From: a virus
Lineage: Duplodnaviria; Heunggongvirae; Uroviricota; Caudoviricetes
DNA: 27,146 nucleotides
Virus record (IMG/VR): IMGVR_UViG_3300029474_000225
Location: 99,109 to 126,254 of that record
Direction: 5' to 3' (one strand)
Part shown: piece by piece, positions 10,301-18,557 of the stretch
Layout of the letters: each line of letters opens with the position of its first letter
How positions within the stretch are numbered: position 1 is the stretch's first letter
Notes under the pieces: generated by a model
Database searches by the model: none
The model's input: only the letters and a program-made list of their open reading frames with translations
Told to the model about the DNA's origin: nothing
Translations under genes and position numbers: made by a program

Positions 10301-10607
10301 CTTGACACCATTTGAGGATGTGCCTGATGGTGAGAAATGTACTTTAGTTGGAATTATAGCAAAGGTTCAAAAGAAGAAAGATAAGAATGGTAAGCAGTTC
10401 GCATATATAAACATCTATTCAAGTTTTGGACTTGTTGAAGGAATTGTATGGCATAGTCAATTAAAAGAATATGAAGATTTAGTAAAAAAAGGACAGCAAG
10501 TAGCAATTCTTTGTAAGAAAGATAGCGAAGAAAAGGTAATTGTAGAAAAATTAAAGCCATATAGTAAATGGCTTGAATATGTGAGAAAGAAAGGAGTATC
10601 AGTCTAA
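7338..10607 (+). CDS. dnaE: DNA polymerase III alpha subunit (C family, DnaE type), phage-encoded
   Basis: PHP domain HNHTYYSLLDG/TEHG/TDSH, GRGSAAGS, FERFLNPER, PDIDTD, KFDLLG, FNKSHS, C-terminal OB fold; RBS AGGAGG. Confidence 0.95.
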   Translation: MYSSLHNHTYYSLLDGYGSPKEMLDRAKEIGLKAFAITEHGNVYSHIYFDLIKKDYPEIKMIYGCELYECEDIEIKDKDNKYFHLICLIRNEQGRKDLNKVITKSNFEGFYFKPRCTIEDIKPYADNFVISSACLASKLARESDFEKCVKYINEYKEAFPYFFLEMQSHSHQDQCLYNQKILELSKRTNTPFIITTDSHTPKKEDLYYQDKLIQIGRKSSNNDKNAIENSEVYEGCYMQSEDEIHEIMDSQIGYENVCLGLENTNKVADLIENVDMPFQKPQLPTFPLPDGYRDNNEFLWHLVRQGWKDRGYDNLSEDEQQVRRTRLNYEMGIIHSMGFDGYFLFVWDFIKAAEKLGIEVGKGRGSAAGSLVCYCCHITDIDPIKYGLIFERFLNPERVGLPDIDTDVGNRDAIIDYLVDKYGEERVCQIINYSYITPTVAITDVGKILGFPYNQMQKLSQKFTFDKWNDCMKANPNLLADNPQYADLFDIAKHLSGRVKTVSIHAGGVGIVDTTINDYMPMKIGTKGEHVIQVDKHYVEDIGIVKFDLLGVATLNLVKEIKDDLHLDPWDYDINNPEFENDRPTYELLASGKTNGVFQVESAGMKDLLIRLKPKLEQLDFEVISVILALYRPDSMGALDEYVEMATGGSRPPSIHPDMDEILKDTNYCMIYQEQLLDIVKKFGGRTYGGADLFRKAIGKKIVELVQKESEILRGEIVANGYSKEIADKIANELSQKGGYLFNKSHSYSYAVLCFETAWFKAHYPTYFFKALFNQNKDKAGAINKYILDARYFDVNVMPPNINHSGMNFTVDKDKVLFGLSAIGGIGESLSKQIIEERENNGIYKSFNDLIQRLSLGKASVIALIKSGAIPCKNKREKLISYLKSEYQPLKFSEVQSLPTYKKLEEDWNINLKKYVIPSSGKRIVYDKEALLTEYNRLKKIQFEENQKVRFQKYIDDNKKYLEDEQFWEFQTLQVFINDNPFDAAYTFLTPFEDVPDGEKCTLVGIIAKVQKKKDKNGKQFAYINIYSSFGLVEGIVWHSQLKEYEDLVKKGQQVAILCKKDSEEKVIVEKLKPYSKWLEYVRKKGVSV

Positions 10608-10608
10608 A

Positions 10609-12888
10609 TTGGATGAAGATGAGATTTATAAATTCACAGCGATAATTACATATGAGCAATACTATTCGGATGATTCAACGTGGGGTGTGTTTGGATTTTC
10701 AACAAAAGATGATATTCCATTCTTTACAAAACCTACAAAAACATTCGATCCGTTTAGCGATAATAAAACCTCTGATGAAGAGAATAAAAAGATGAGTAAG
10801 TTGGCAGGAAAGATGCAGCACTTAGTTGTTGGTGGAGAGTATGTAGTTAAAGCAAAGTATAAAAAGGATAAAAAATATGGCGATCAATATACACCGATTG
10901 CCATATACGCCATTATTCCACAAAGCAGAGAAACACAGTTATTATTTTTGAAGTCAATGATTCCTGAATGGATGGCTGATAATTTAATAAACGCATATCC
11001 AAATGTAGTTAATGATGTAGCGAATGGTACATTAAAAACTATTGATTACAGTCTTGTAAAAGGTGTTAGAGAAATTACTTGGAATAAAATCAAGGAAAAA
11101 ATTATCAATAACTATCTCATTTCTGACATTATCTCAATGTTGAAACCAATTGGTGTCACTTATGCAATGATTAAAAAATTGCTTTCAGAAGAACCAAATC
11201 CAGTTTTATTAAAGCAAGAGTTAGAAAAAAATCCATACATCATGACAAAAATTGATGGGATTGGATTTCGTAAATGTGATGATTTAGCACTGAAGTTAAA
11301 ACCTGAACTAATTGATTCTACACAAAGACTTGTAGCTTTTATTCAATACTATTTCAAAGAACTAGGAGAAAGTAAAGGTCATACATGGTGTTCTGAAAAA
11401 ATTTTAAGAGCAGCCATAAGTAATAATATATACGAGTGTTGCAATAAGGTTAATTGGCTATTAGAAAATAATGACTTTCTTCATATTGATAATGGTCGAA
11501 TTGGTTTGAAATATTATTACGATATTGAGATGCAGATTTATCATTTGATTCTGAATAAATCTCAAATTGAAACAACAATCAATATTTCTGATGAAGCGAT
11601 TGACAAAGCAATTAAACATGCGGAAGAAGAACAGGGATTTGATTATGTAGTAGAGCAGTTAGACACGATTCATAAGAGCTTACATAGAACTGTTAGTTTG
11701 ATAACTGGAAAAGCAGGAACTGGTAAAACATCAATAGTGCGAGCAATTGTTAAGGCTTATATGGAGAATAATTATATGATGACAGCTTCAGCACTTTCAG
11801 CAATGGCAGCTCAGAGAATTACAGAAGCAACAGAATTTCCTGCAATGACTATTCATAGAACACTTGGATGCCAAGGTTTAAATGATTTTACATACAATAA
11901 GGATAATCATTTGATTACAGATGTTGCATTTCTTGATGAGGGAAGTATGGTTAATGCCAGTTTATTTTTACATTGGCTTGAGGCAATTGGAGATAATACA
12001 AGAATTATTATTTCAGGAGATCATAAGCAGTTACCACCTATCGGATTTGGTAACGTGTTCTCAGATTTAATAGAAATGTTTGATGATTCAGTAGTAAGTA
12101 AATTAGTAAAGCCAATGAGACAGGCTGAAAAATCAGGAATACTTGTTGATGCTAATAAGATTAGAGAGAATATCAATCCTATATCTGAAAAATTACAACC
12201 AAGAATTATTCATGGTGAATTACAGGATATGTATTATATGTTCCGTACAAATCGACAGTCTCTTTTCAATATAGCTGTAAAAACATTTATAAAATCTGTA
12301 GAGTCAGATGGAATAGATAATGTTGTAATTGCAGTTCCTCGTAGAAAGGATTGCTTGAATAGTACAACTGAGATTAACAAGGTTATTCAGAATGAGTTGC
12401 TTGGAGACGTATTACAGAGTATTGATGGGTTTGATACTACATTTAAGCTTGGTGCAAAAGTAATGCAAACAGTTAATGATTATGACAAAAATGTGTTTAA
12501 TGGTGAAATAGGTTATGTTACTAAAATCAGTGAAAGATATGAAGGTAAGAAAAAAGAAGAGTATTGTGAAGTTACTTATACTGATGTTTTTGGCAAGGAC
12601 AAGATTATTGAATACACAAAAAAGGAATTGGCTGCATTAGACCTTGCTTACGCAATGACAGTGCATAAGTTACAAGGTGCTGGTAGAAAGACAGTAATTG
12701 GAATTATTGATAATACACATCATCAGCTTCTTGATAACTGTATGCTTTACACATTACTGACAAGAGCAAAGAAAAGATGTTTATTATTGGCTGAACCTGA
12801 AGCGTTTTTACAATGTATTAGGACAAGTCATAACAATAGAAACACTTGGATGATGTTAGAAACAGAGAATAATACAGTAGAAGAGTAA
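10609..12888 (+). CDS. recD2: RecD2-like SF1B helicase
   Basis: NPY...GIGF HhH, Walker A GKAGTGKT, DEGSM, GDHKQLPPIG, MRQA, LAYAMTVHKLQG, LYTLLTRAKK. Confidence 0.9.
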   Translation: MDEDEIYKFTAIITYEQYYSDDSTWGVFGFSTKDDIPFFTKPTKTFDPFSDNKTSDEENKKMSKLAGKMQHLVVGGEYVVKAKYKKDKKYGDQYTPIAIYAIIPQSRETQLLFLKSMIPEWMADNLINAYPNVVNDVANGTLKTIDYSLVKGVREITWNKIKEKIINNYLISDIISMLKPIGVTYAMIKKLLSEEPNPVLLKQELEKNPYIMTKIDGIGFRKCDDLALKLKPELIDSTQRLVAFIQYYFKELGESKGHTWCSEKILRAAISNNIYECCNKVNWLLENNDFLHIDNGRIGLKYYYDIEMQIYHLILNKSQIETTINISDEAIDKAIKHAEEEQGFDYVVEQLDTIHKSLHRTVSLITGKAGTGKTSIVRAIVKAYMENNYMMTASALSAMAAQRITEATEFPAMTIHRTLGCQGLNDFTYNKDNHLITDVAFLDEGSMVNASLFLHWLEAIGDNTRIIISGDHKQLPPIGFGNVFSDLIEMFDDSVVSKLVKPMRQAEKSGILVDANKIRENINPISEKLQPRIIHGELQDMYYMFRTNRQSLFNIAVKTFIKSVESDGIDNVVIAVPRRKDCLNSTTEINKVIQNELLGDVLQSIDGFDTTFKLGAKVMQTVNDYDKNVFNGEIGYVTKISERYEGKKKEEYCEVTYTDVFGKDKIIEYTKKELAALDLAYAMTVHKLQGAGRKTVIGIIDNTHHQLLDNCMLYTLLTRAKKRCLLLAEPEAFLQCIRTSHNNRNTWMMLETENNTVEE

Positions 12889-12905
12889 TTTGAATTTCTG
12901 TTGGA

Positions 12906-12980
12906 TTTCTGGAATGCCCATAAATAGGGCGTTTCAGAGACTCAAAAAGCCAATGAAAGACGGATTTCTCGTCCGTCATT
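12906..12980 (+). promoter_or_regulatory. Structured intergenic element (two hairpins) at the core/accessory boundary
   Basis: TCTGGAATGCCC-ATAAATA-GGGCGTTTCAGA (12-bp stem, 2 G-U; 12908-12938) and GACGGA-TTTCTCG-TCCGTC (12959-12977). Confidence 0.55.
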
Positions 12981-13003
12981 TATATAAAAGAGAGGAGATT
13001 AAA

Positions 13004-13576
13004 ATGTCATATATCATTAAATCAGCAGATGAATTAAAAGATCCATTTTTATGCTATTGTGTTTTTCGTAAATTTATAGAGGAGGCAGGTGAAGATTATA
13101 TTGACTATAATGAGTCAATTATAAATAGCATTCCATTTATATTTTGGCTAAGAGGACGTAATGATATTAATAATGAACAATTAGAAACATTTTTATCAAT
13201 CCAATATAAAATCTGTGTGCAAGATGTTTTAAAAGATGATGTATTATTCCCAAATACATATGGCGATTCTTTCCTATCTGATATTAAAACATATACACTT
13301 CTCGCAGAGTATATGTGCCAATTAAAAGAATTCAGAACAAGACTTTGGAATAGTGTGAACGATGAAGCAACAAATTTTGAAAATGAATCTTTCTATAAAG
13401 ATATTAATAATAATAGTTTAGCGTGTATTATAGAAGAAAATGAATTAAATGATACATGGTATTCTTATGAAGATGTATTAGATATGCCAATGCAGAAGTT
13501 ATATAAATTATCATATAAAAATCAGTTTAATATTGGTAAAAAAATGTCTATAAGAGATGCAGACATTGAACTATAA
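13004..13576 (+). CDS. Hypothetical protein (very AT-rich accessory gene)
   Basis: ATG at 13004 after GAGGAG; the track's upstream extension runs through the hairpin region and is probably not coding. No recognised motif. Confidence 0.6.
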   Translation: MSYIIKSADELKDPFLCYCVFRKFIEEAGEDYIDYNESIINSIPFIFWLRGRNDINNEQLETFLSIQYKICVQDVLKDDVLFPNTYGDSFLSDIKTYTLLAEYMCQLKEFRTRLWNSVNDEATNFENESFYKDINNNSLACIIEENELNDTWYSYEDVLDMPMQKLYKLSYKNQFNIGKKMSIRDADIEL

Positions 13577-13615
13577 TAAACGACAGTTTCTTTGGAAGAT
13601 TTGGAGGTGAATGAG

Positions 13616-14116
13616 TTGTTAGATGTTGCAATCAAATACAAAGAGCAATTAGAAAAACTGCAATACAATATTTGGTTCAAAGATAAATATAAATTTTGGA
13701 ATAATGATACATATTATGATGCTATGACTATTGATGACAATACATGGGAGCGACATCAATTTGTTTCCATTAAAAATGACAATGTGATTGGATATATTAG
13801 TTATTCTGTAAACAGAAGATGTAATTATGCACACAGTTTAAGCATAATGAATTTTACAGACGATAAGATGACGTTTGGTATGGATCTTGGACAGGTATTA
13901 CAAGATATATTCGAAAAATATAATTTTAGAAAGCTTGATTTTTGTGTTGTTGTTGGCAATCCAATTGAAAAATCATATGACAAAATGGTTAAAAAATACA
14001 ATGGAAGAATTGTTGGAATTTTCAAGGACGATGTGAAGTTGATTGATGATAAATACTACGACACAAAACATTATGAAGTTACAAGAGAAAATTATATGAG
14101 TGTAAAGAACAGATAA
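13616..14116 (+). CDS. GNAT-fold protein, RimJ/RimL-like
   Basis: VIGYISY, IFEKYNFRKLDFCVVVGNP and G...DDKYYDTKHYEV follow the RimJ/RimL pattern; TTG 13616 after GGAGGTG. Confidence 0.6.
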   Translation: MLDVAIKYKEQLEKLQYNIWFKDKYKFWNNDTYYDAMTIDDNTWERHQFVSIKNDNVIGYISYSVNRRCNYAHSLSIMNFTDDKMTFGMDLGQVLQDIFEKYNFRKLDFCVVVGNPIEKSYDKMVKKYNGRIVGIFKDDVKLIDDKYYDTKHYEVTRENYMSVKNR

Positions 14117-14154
14117 CAAGAATCCATTATTTCTTGTGAAAGGATGAGAGAATA

Positions 14155-14325
14155 ATGAATAGAAACAGACATTTAAGATACAAACCACTCATAGAAACAA
14201 GACCATTTTTAGGTGGCATAGGAGTATCGGAAAGATGTCATAAATGTAAAACCATAATACAATGCAATAATCTAAATGTAAATGCGGTTGTAGTATCAGA
14301 TGGGATAATGAATGTTAATTTGTAA
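14155..14325 (+). CDS. Small hypothetical protein, 56 aa, CxxC (not in ORF track)
   Basis: MNRNRHLRYKPLIETRPFLGGIGVSERCHKCKTIIQC...VNL*; AAGGA upstream; fills the gap between two boundary motifs. Confidence 0.5.
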   Translation: MNRNRHLRYKPLIETRPFLGGIGVSERCHKCKTIIQCNNLNVNAVVVSDGIMNVNL

Positions 14326-14328
14326 TTC

Positions 14329-15141
14329 ACAGTAAACTAAATTTTTTGAAAAATAAATGGAAGGAGTTAAAAAATTGGAAAATAATTACGAATTATGGCA
14401 AGGAAATTGTTTAGAGCTTATGAAAAATATTCCTGATAAATCAGTTGATATGATTCTATGCGATTTACCGTATGGTACAACAAAATGTTCTTGGGATATT
14501 ATTATTCCATTTGATAAATTGTGGGAACAGTACGATCGTATTACTAAAGATAACGCAGCAATTCTGTTGTTTGGACAAGAACCATTTTCATCGTTGTTAA
14601 GGAATAGTAACATTGATAATTATAAATACGATATTTACTGGGAGAAAGAACGACTTACAAATATCAATCAGGTAAAACGTAGAGTTGGCAAAACAGTTGA
14701 AACAATATCAGTATTTTATAAGAAGCAATGTACATATAATCCTCAGATGGTGAAATATGATGGTAAACCACGAACTAATAAAGTCAAAAACGGTAAGTTA
14801 GGTAAATTGACAGATGAAAACGAAAAGAAAGTGATTGAGTATAAGGATACTGGATGGAGATATCCAACACAGGTTTGGAAGTTTCAAAGAGATTGTTTAA
14901 CTTCAAATCTACATCCAACTCAGAAACCATTGTTGCTTTGTGAAGAACTCATAAAGACATTTTCCAATGAAGGTGATGTTGTTTTAGATAATTGTATGGG
15001 TTCTGGTACAACTGGTGTTGCTTGTAAGAATCTTAATCGAAAATTTATTGGAATTGAGTTAGATGAAAAGTATTTTGAAATGGCGAAAGAGAGAATAAAT
15101 AAGTAACAGTAAACTAAACTTTCTTTTTGAAAATAATGGAA
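14329..15141 (+). repeat. Imperfect ~35-bp direct repeat flanking the methyltransferase gene (14329-14362 and 15106-15141)
   Basis: ACAGTAAACTAAATTTTTTGAAAAATAAATGGAA vs ACAGTAAACTAAACTTTCTTTTTGAAAATAATGGAA; the first 13 bp are identical. Confidence 0.8.
14375..15106 (+). CDS. Orphan DNA methyltransferase, N6-adenine/N4-cytosine, beta class
   Basis: Motif IV DLPY near the N-terminus, HPTQKP, motif I DNCMGSGTTG, FIGIELD; TTG 14375 after AAGGAG; no adjacent endonuclease. Confidence 0.92.
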   Translation: MENNYELWQGNCLELMKNIPDKSVDMILCDLPYGTTKCSWDIIIPFDKLWEQYDRITKDNAAILLFGQEPFSSLLRNSNIDNYKYDIYWEKERLTNINQVKRRVGKTVETISVFYKKQCTYNPQMVKYDGKPRTNKVKNGKLGKLTDENEKKVIEYKDTGWRYPTQVWKFQRDCLTSNLHPTQKPLLLCEELIKTFSNEGDVVLDNCMGSGTTGVACKNLNRKFIGIELDEKYFEMAKERINK

Positions 15142-15169
15142 AGACTTGATTATATAGGGAGGTAGAAAG

Positions 15170-15589
15170 ATGGAATGGTATGTATATTATTATGACATCA
15201 ATCATGGAAATATTATCACATACAATATTTTTGATCATGGTAGCTTTAAAGAAGACTTTAACAAATTGATATCAGATTATAATATCACAAAAGAAGAATT
15301 TGCAAATAAACTTGATATTATGCTTAGATATTATTTCTGGTCAAAAGCTCAATGGGAGACATTTTTGAAGCCTTGGGTTGGAGATAGCAAGGTTGAAAAG
15401 AAGATTGATGTGTATGACCAAATTAAACTTAACTGGGACAAATTCTTAGAATATACATATAACTGTAATTTTAAAACATACGCAGATGTTATTGAATATG
15501 AAAAATATAAAAACATCGGCACTGTTGAAGAGTGTGAAAAAGCAATGAAGTTTGTAAAACACTATCAGGAAGAGAATAAATATTTATAA
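15170..15589 (+). CDS. Hypothetical phage protein
   Basis: ATG after GGGAGG; 139 aa, aromatic-rich; no function recognised. Confidence 0.65.
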   Translation: MEWYVYYYDINHGNIITYNIFDHGSFKEDFNKLISDYNITKEEFANKLDIMLRYYFWSKAQWETFLKPWVGDSKVEKKIDVYDQIKLNWDKFLEYTYNCNFKTYADVIEYEKYKNIGTVEECEKAMKFVKHYQEENKYL

Positions 15590-15604
15590 GGAGGATCAAG
15601 TATA

Positions 15605-16330
15605 TTGAAAGCTACAGTAACAAGTATTACAGGATTTTATGAAGCATTTGTATCTATGTTTATGAGTAAAAGAACGTGGACACCAGAATTGAACGAAGAA
15701 ATTAAAGTTGTATGCGATAAGGTTTTAAATCCTGATGGAAGATTAAAAGAGGATCAAGAGGTTGAAAGCTATGATAAGTTTTGTAAATGGCTTGGGATGC
15801 TGCTTCGTATGGGCAAAAGACATATTACAGTTCTTAGATACATTGACATTACAATTATGACAGAAGGATTGCATAGAGCAGGACAAGATGACGTTGATGC
15901 ACACGCAAGAAGATTTGATAATCGAATTATTAGAAACAGTACAAGGTTAGCAACATTTGATGAAGGAGAAATGTCAGATTATTACAAGGATAAAGTATTA
16001 ACAGATGGACAGGCTTGCAAAATTCTTGGATTTGGATTACCAAACGAGATTGAGCATGATGGTAAAACATATGTAAAATCGACTAATGGATATGTTTTAA
16101 AAGAATATGAGAATAACAAAGATGTAAAACGTGGTCTTTATATGTTGGGTATTCCAAGCAATTTTATATCTAAAATCAATCTTTGTGAATGGGGACACGT
16201 ATTTAGAGAGCGTTGTGCTGATGGCGGTGCTAATCCAGAAGTAAAAGAATGGGCAGAACAGGTTATGAAACAGATTACGGAATTTCATAAAGAGATTACA
16301 AGAGATTATGTTTTATCAATTCAAAACTAA
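15605..16330 (+). CDS. Divergent ThyX/Thy1-fold (flavin-dependent thymidylate synthase-like) protein
   Basis: RHITVLRYIDITIMTEGLHRA...NSTRL and INLCEWGHVFRERC...ANPEVKEWA parallel ThyX GHxSVLEH..F..EG.SRA...SQRY and MN.R....F...RC...AQWEIR..A. The RHR motif is degenerate. Confidence 0.55.
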   Translation: MKATVTSITGFYEAFVSMFMSKRTWTPELNEEIKVVCDKVLNPDGRLKEDQEVESYDKFCKWLGMLLRMGKRHITVLRYIDITIMTEGLHRAGQDDVDAHARRFDNRIIRNSTRLATFDEGEMSDYYKDKVLTDGQACKILGFGLPNEIEHDGKTYVKSTNGYVLKEYENNKDVKRGLYMLGIPSNFISKINLCEWGHVFRERCADGGANPEVKEWAEQVMKQITEFHKEITRDYVLSIQN

Positions 16331-16358
16331 ATCCTGATTTCAAGAGAGGAGGAATTGA

Positions 16359-17636
16359 ATGGAAGAAGTAATTAAAATTTTCAAACAGATACAAAATACA
16401 AGTAGTACAAATGATAAGAAAGCCATCATTGAAGCAAACAAAGATAACGAATTATTCAAAAAGTGCTTAGTGTTCTTACTTGATTCAAATATTGTAACTG
16501 GTATCAGCGATAAGAAATTAAATAAATTCGTTGGTATGTCAGGAACAGAATTGAACTCTTTTGAAGAAGTAATGAAATACTTAGCTGATTTTAATTCAGG
16601 TAGCGATATGGATATTGGAACTATGCAAGGGTTTATCGAGAATCAACCAGAAGAATACCAAGATTTTTATAAACAAATGATCACAAAGAAATTTCGTCTT
16701 GGTTGTGATAAAAAAGTTGTAAACAGTGTAATTCATGGTTTGATTCCATCATGGGACGTACAACAAGCATATCCTATTTCTGAAAAGAATGAACCCAAAG
16801 ATGGTGAATGGTTTGCGTTATCTCAGAAGCTTAATGGTAATAACTGCGCATACTATAAAGGAAAACTAATTAGTAGACAAGGTAAACCATTTACAGGTCT
16901 TGACCACATCATTAAAGATATTGAACGATTACCAAAACATGAAAACTATATGTTTAATGGTGAGCTAATTCGTAAAAATTATGATAATCTTTCTGATAAT
17001 GACAACTTTCAGATTGGAACTGGTATTATCAATTCTGACGATTCTGACAAGTCTTGCATCAAATTTGTAATCTATGAATGTATCCCAAACGAAGAATTTG
17101 AAAATGGTGAGAGTAAATTAAAGTACAAAGATCGTAGAGAACATGTGTTGAATCCATTAACAATCGCAATTTCTCGACTTCAGACAGATAATCTTGAGGT
17201 TGTTCCTATTATATATGAAGGAACTGATAAATCGGTTATTCAACCATTGCTTAATAAAGCAGATAAAGATGGTTGGGAAGGTTTAATGCTCAACAAAGAT
17301 ACAAAGTGGAAGAATAAACGTAATAACGGAATTCTTAAAGTCAAGTCATTTAAACATGCAGATATTCGTTGCACTGACGTTATCGAAGGTGATGGCAAAT
17401 ACAAAGGTACGCTTGGACTAATCAAATGTGATTACAAAGGATATGAACTTGGTGTAGGATCTGGATTTACTGATGAGCAGAGAACTTACTATTGGAACAA
17501 TCCTGGTGAGATTATTGGCAAAATTGTGCAGATTAAATTCAAAGGCGAAACAAAGAATAAAAATGGTGGAATTTCGGTTCAGTTCCCTATTTTTGAAATC
17601 GTAAGAGATGACAAATCTGAACCTTCTTATAATTAA
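16359..17636 (+). CDS. ATP-dependent DNA ligase
   Basis: Motif I SQKLNG, SRQGK, FNGEL, EGLML, LKVK, and C-terminal OB domain VGSGFTDEQR...QFPIF..VR.DK. Confidence 0.88.
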   Translation: MEEVIKIFKQIQNTSSTNDKKAIIEANKDNELFKKCLVFLLDSNIVTGISDKKLNKFVGMSGTELNSFEEVMKYLADFNSGSDMDIGTMQGFIENQPEEYQDFYKQMITKKFRLGCDKKVVNSVIHGLIPSWDVQQAYPISEKNEPKDGEWFALSQKLNGNNCAYYKGKLISRQGKPFTGLDHIIKDIERLPKHENYMFNGELIRKNYDNLSDNDNFQIGTGIINSDDSDKSCIKFVIYECIPNEEFENGESKLKYKDRREHVLNPLTIAISRLQTDNLEVVPIIYEGTDKSVIQPLLNKADKDGWEGLMLNKDTKWKNKRNNGILKVKSFKHADIRCTDVIEGDGKYKGTLGLIKCDYKGYELGVGSGFTDEQRTYYWNNPGEIIGKIVQIKFKGETKNKNGGISVQFPIFEIVRDDKSEPSYN

Positions 17637-17712
17637 CAATTCGCTAAATATTCCCAATTCAAACAGAGAACATACAAATGTAACATATTAACAGTACAAA
17701 AGGAGGCAATGT

Positions 17713-18516
17713 ATTTTATTACGAAAAATGACATTTGGAATGGTTGTTGTTGTGGCTCTTGTAACTTCTGTTCCAACAGCACAAGCAGAGGTTTGTAACA
17801 AACCTTGCATAACGGTTACGCCCTGTCTTACGGCAGGGTTTAGCAATCAATTAAACTTATTATCTCAATCAAAAGAAGTAACTAAGTACAAGAAAAAATA
17901 TGTAAAAGGTACATATGTGAACATTCGAGAGCAACCAAGCAAGAACTCAGAAGTTATCAAACAAGTTTCGTTTAATGAAAAAGTTATTATCATTGGAAAT
18001 AAACTTACGAATGGTGTTTGGTATACTGTCGATCTTAATGACAAAACTGGTTATATCCATAAAGATTATGTATCTGACAAAACAATCAATTACAAGATCT
18101 ATAATGTTCCATACGCAAAAAATAAGACTTGGATGCCATACACAACAATTACCAGTAGACGGAGTAAACAGTATAAGCTTCAACAGAAAGCATATACAGG
18201 TGATTATGGTATTCGAATGGTAAATGAAAGGTATTGTGTGGCACTTGGTTCACATTTTGAGTGTAAAATTGGTCAGTATTTTGACTTGATTTTAGCAAAC
18301 GGTACAGTGATTCCTTGTATCATGTCTGATCAAAAGGCTAATAAGCACACTGATTCTGCGAATATCATTACGACTTCTACAAATTGTTTAAGTGAATTTA
18401 TTGTAGACAGGAATGCTTTAAATTATGAAGCAAAACGTGACGGAGATATATCTTCTTGCTGTCCAGAATGGAAGTCAGTTGTAAAACAAATTAAAGTATA
18501 CGAAAAGGTGATTTGA
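17713..18516 (+). CDS. Secreted SH3b-domain cell-wall-associated protein with possible 3D/DPBB-like C-terminal domain
   Basis: Signal-peptide-like N-terminus ending TAQA; SH3b VNIREQPS...WY.V....TGYIHKDYV; C-terminal YCVALGSHF...G..IPCIMSD. Start is ATT 17713 (6 nt after AGGAGG) or ATG 17728. Confidence 0.65.
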   Translation: MLLRKMTFGMVVVVALVTSVPTAQAEVCNKPCITVTPCLTAGFSNQLNLLSQSKEVTKYKKKYVKGTYVNIREQPSKNSEVIKQVSFNEKVIIIGNKLTNGVWYTVDLNDKTGYIHKDYVSDKTINYKIYNVPYAKNKTWMPYTTITSRRSKQYKLQQKAYTGDYGIRMVNERYCVALGSHFECKIGQYFDLILANGTVIPCIMSDQKANKHTDSANIITTSTNCLSEFIVDRNALNYEAKRDGDISSCCPEWKSVVKQIKVYEKVI

Positions 18517-18557
18517 TGTTTATTAGTGGGTTTTGTCTAAGAGAGGTGAAAAACGAA

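Noticed and set aside
12885..12935. Possible extra boundary motifs TAATttgaaTTTC and TAAAtagggcgTTTC
   Set aside because: Spacers are 5 and 7 rather than 6, so they were not counted; they may be degenerate copies.
12890..13003. N-terminal extension of the 228-aa ORF
   Set aside because: No RBS for the TTG at 12890; it spans hairpins, and a good RBS precedes ATG 13004.
14375..15589. Restriction-modification system
   Set aside because: No recognisable endonuclease beside the MTase; treated as an orphan.
17709..17798. 29-aa Cys-rich peptide MYFITKNDIWNGCCCGSCNFC...
   Set aside because: The ATG is only 2 nt from the RBS, and the Cys run is the frameshifted reading of Val codons in the signal peptide.
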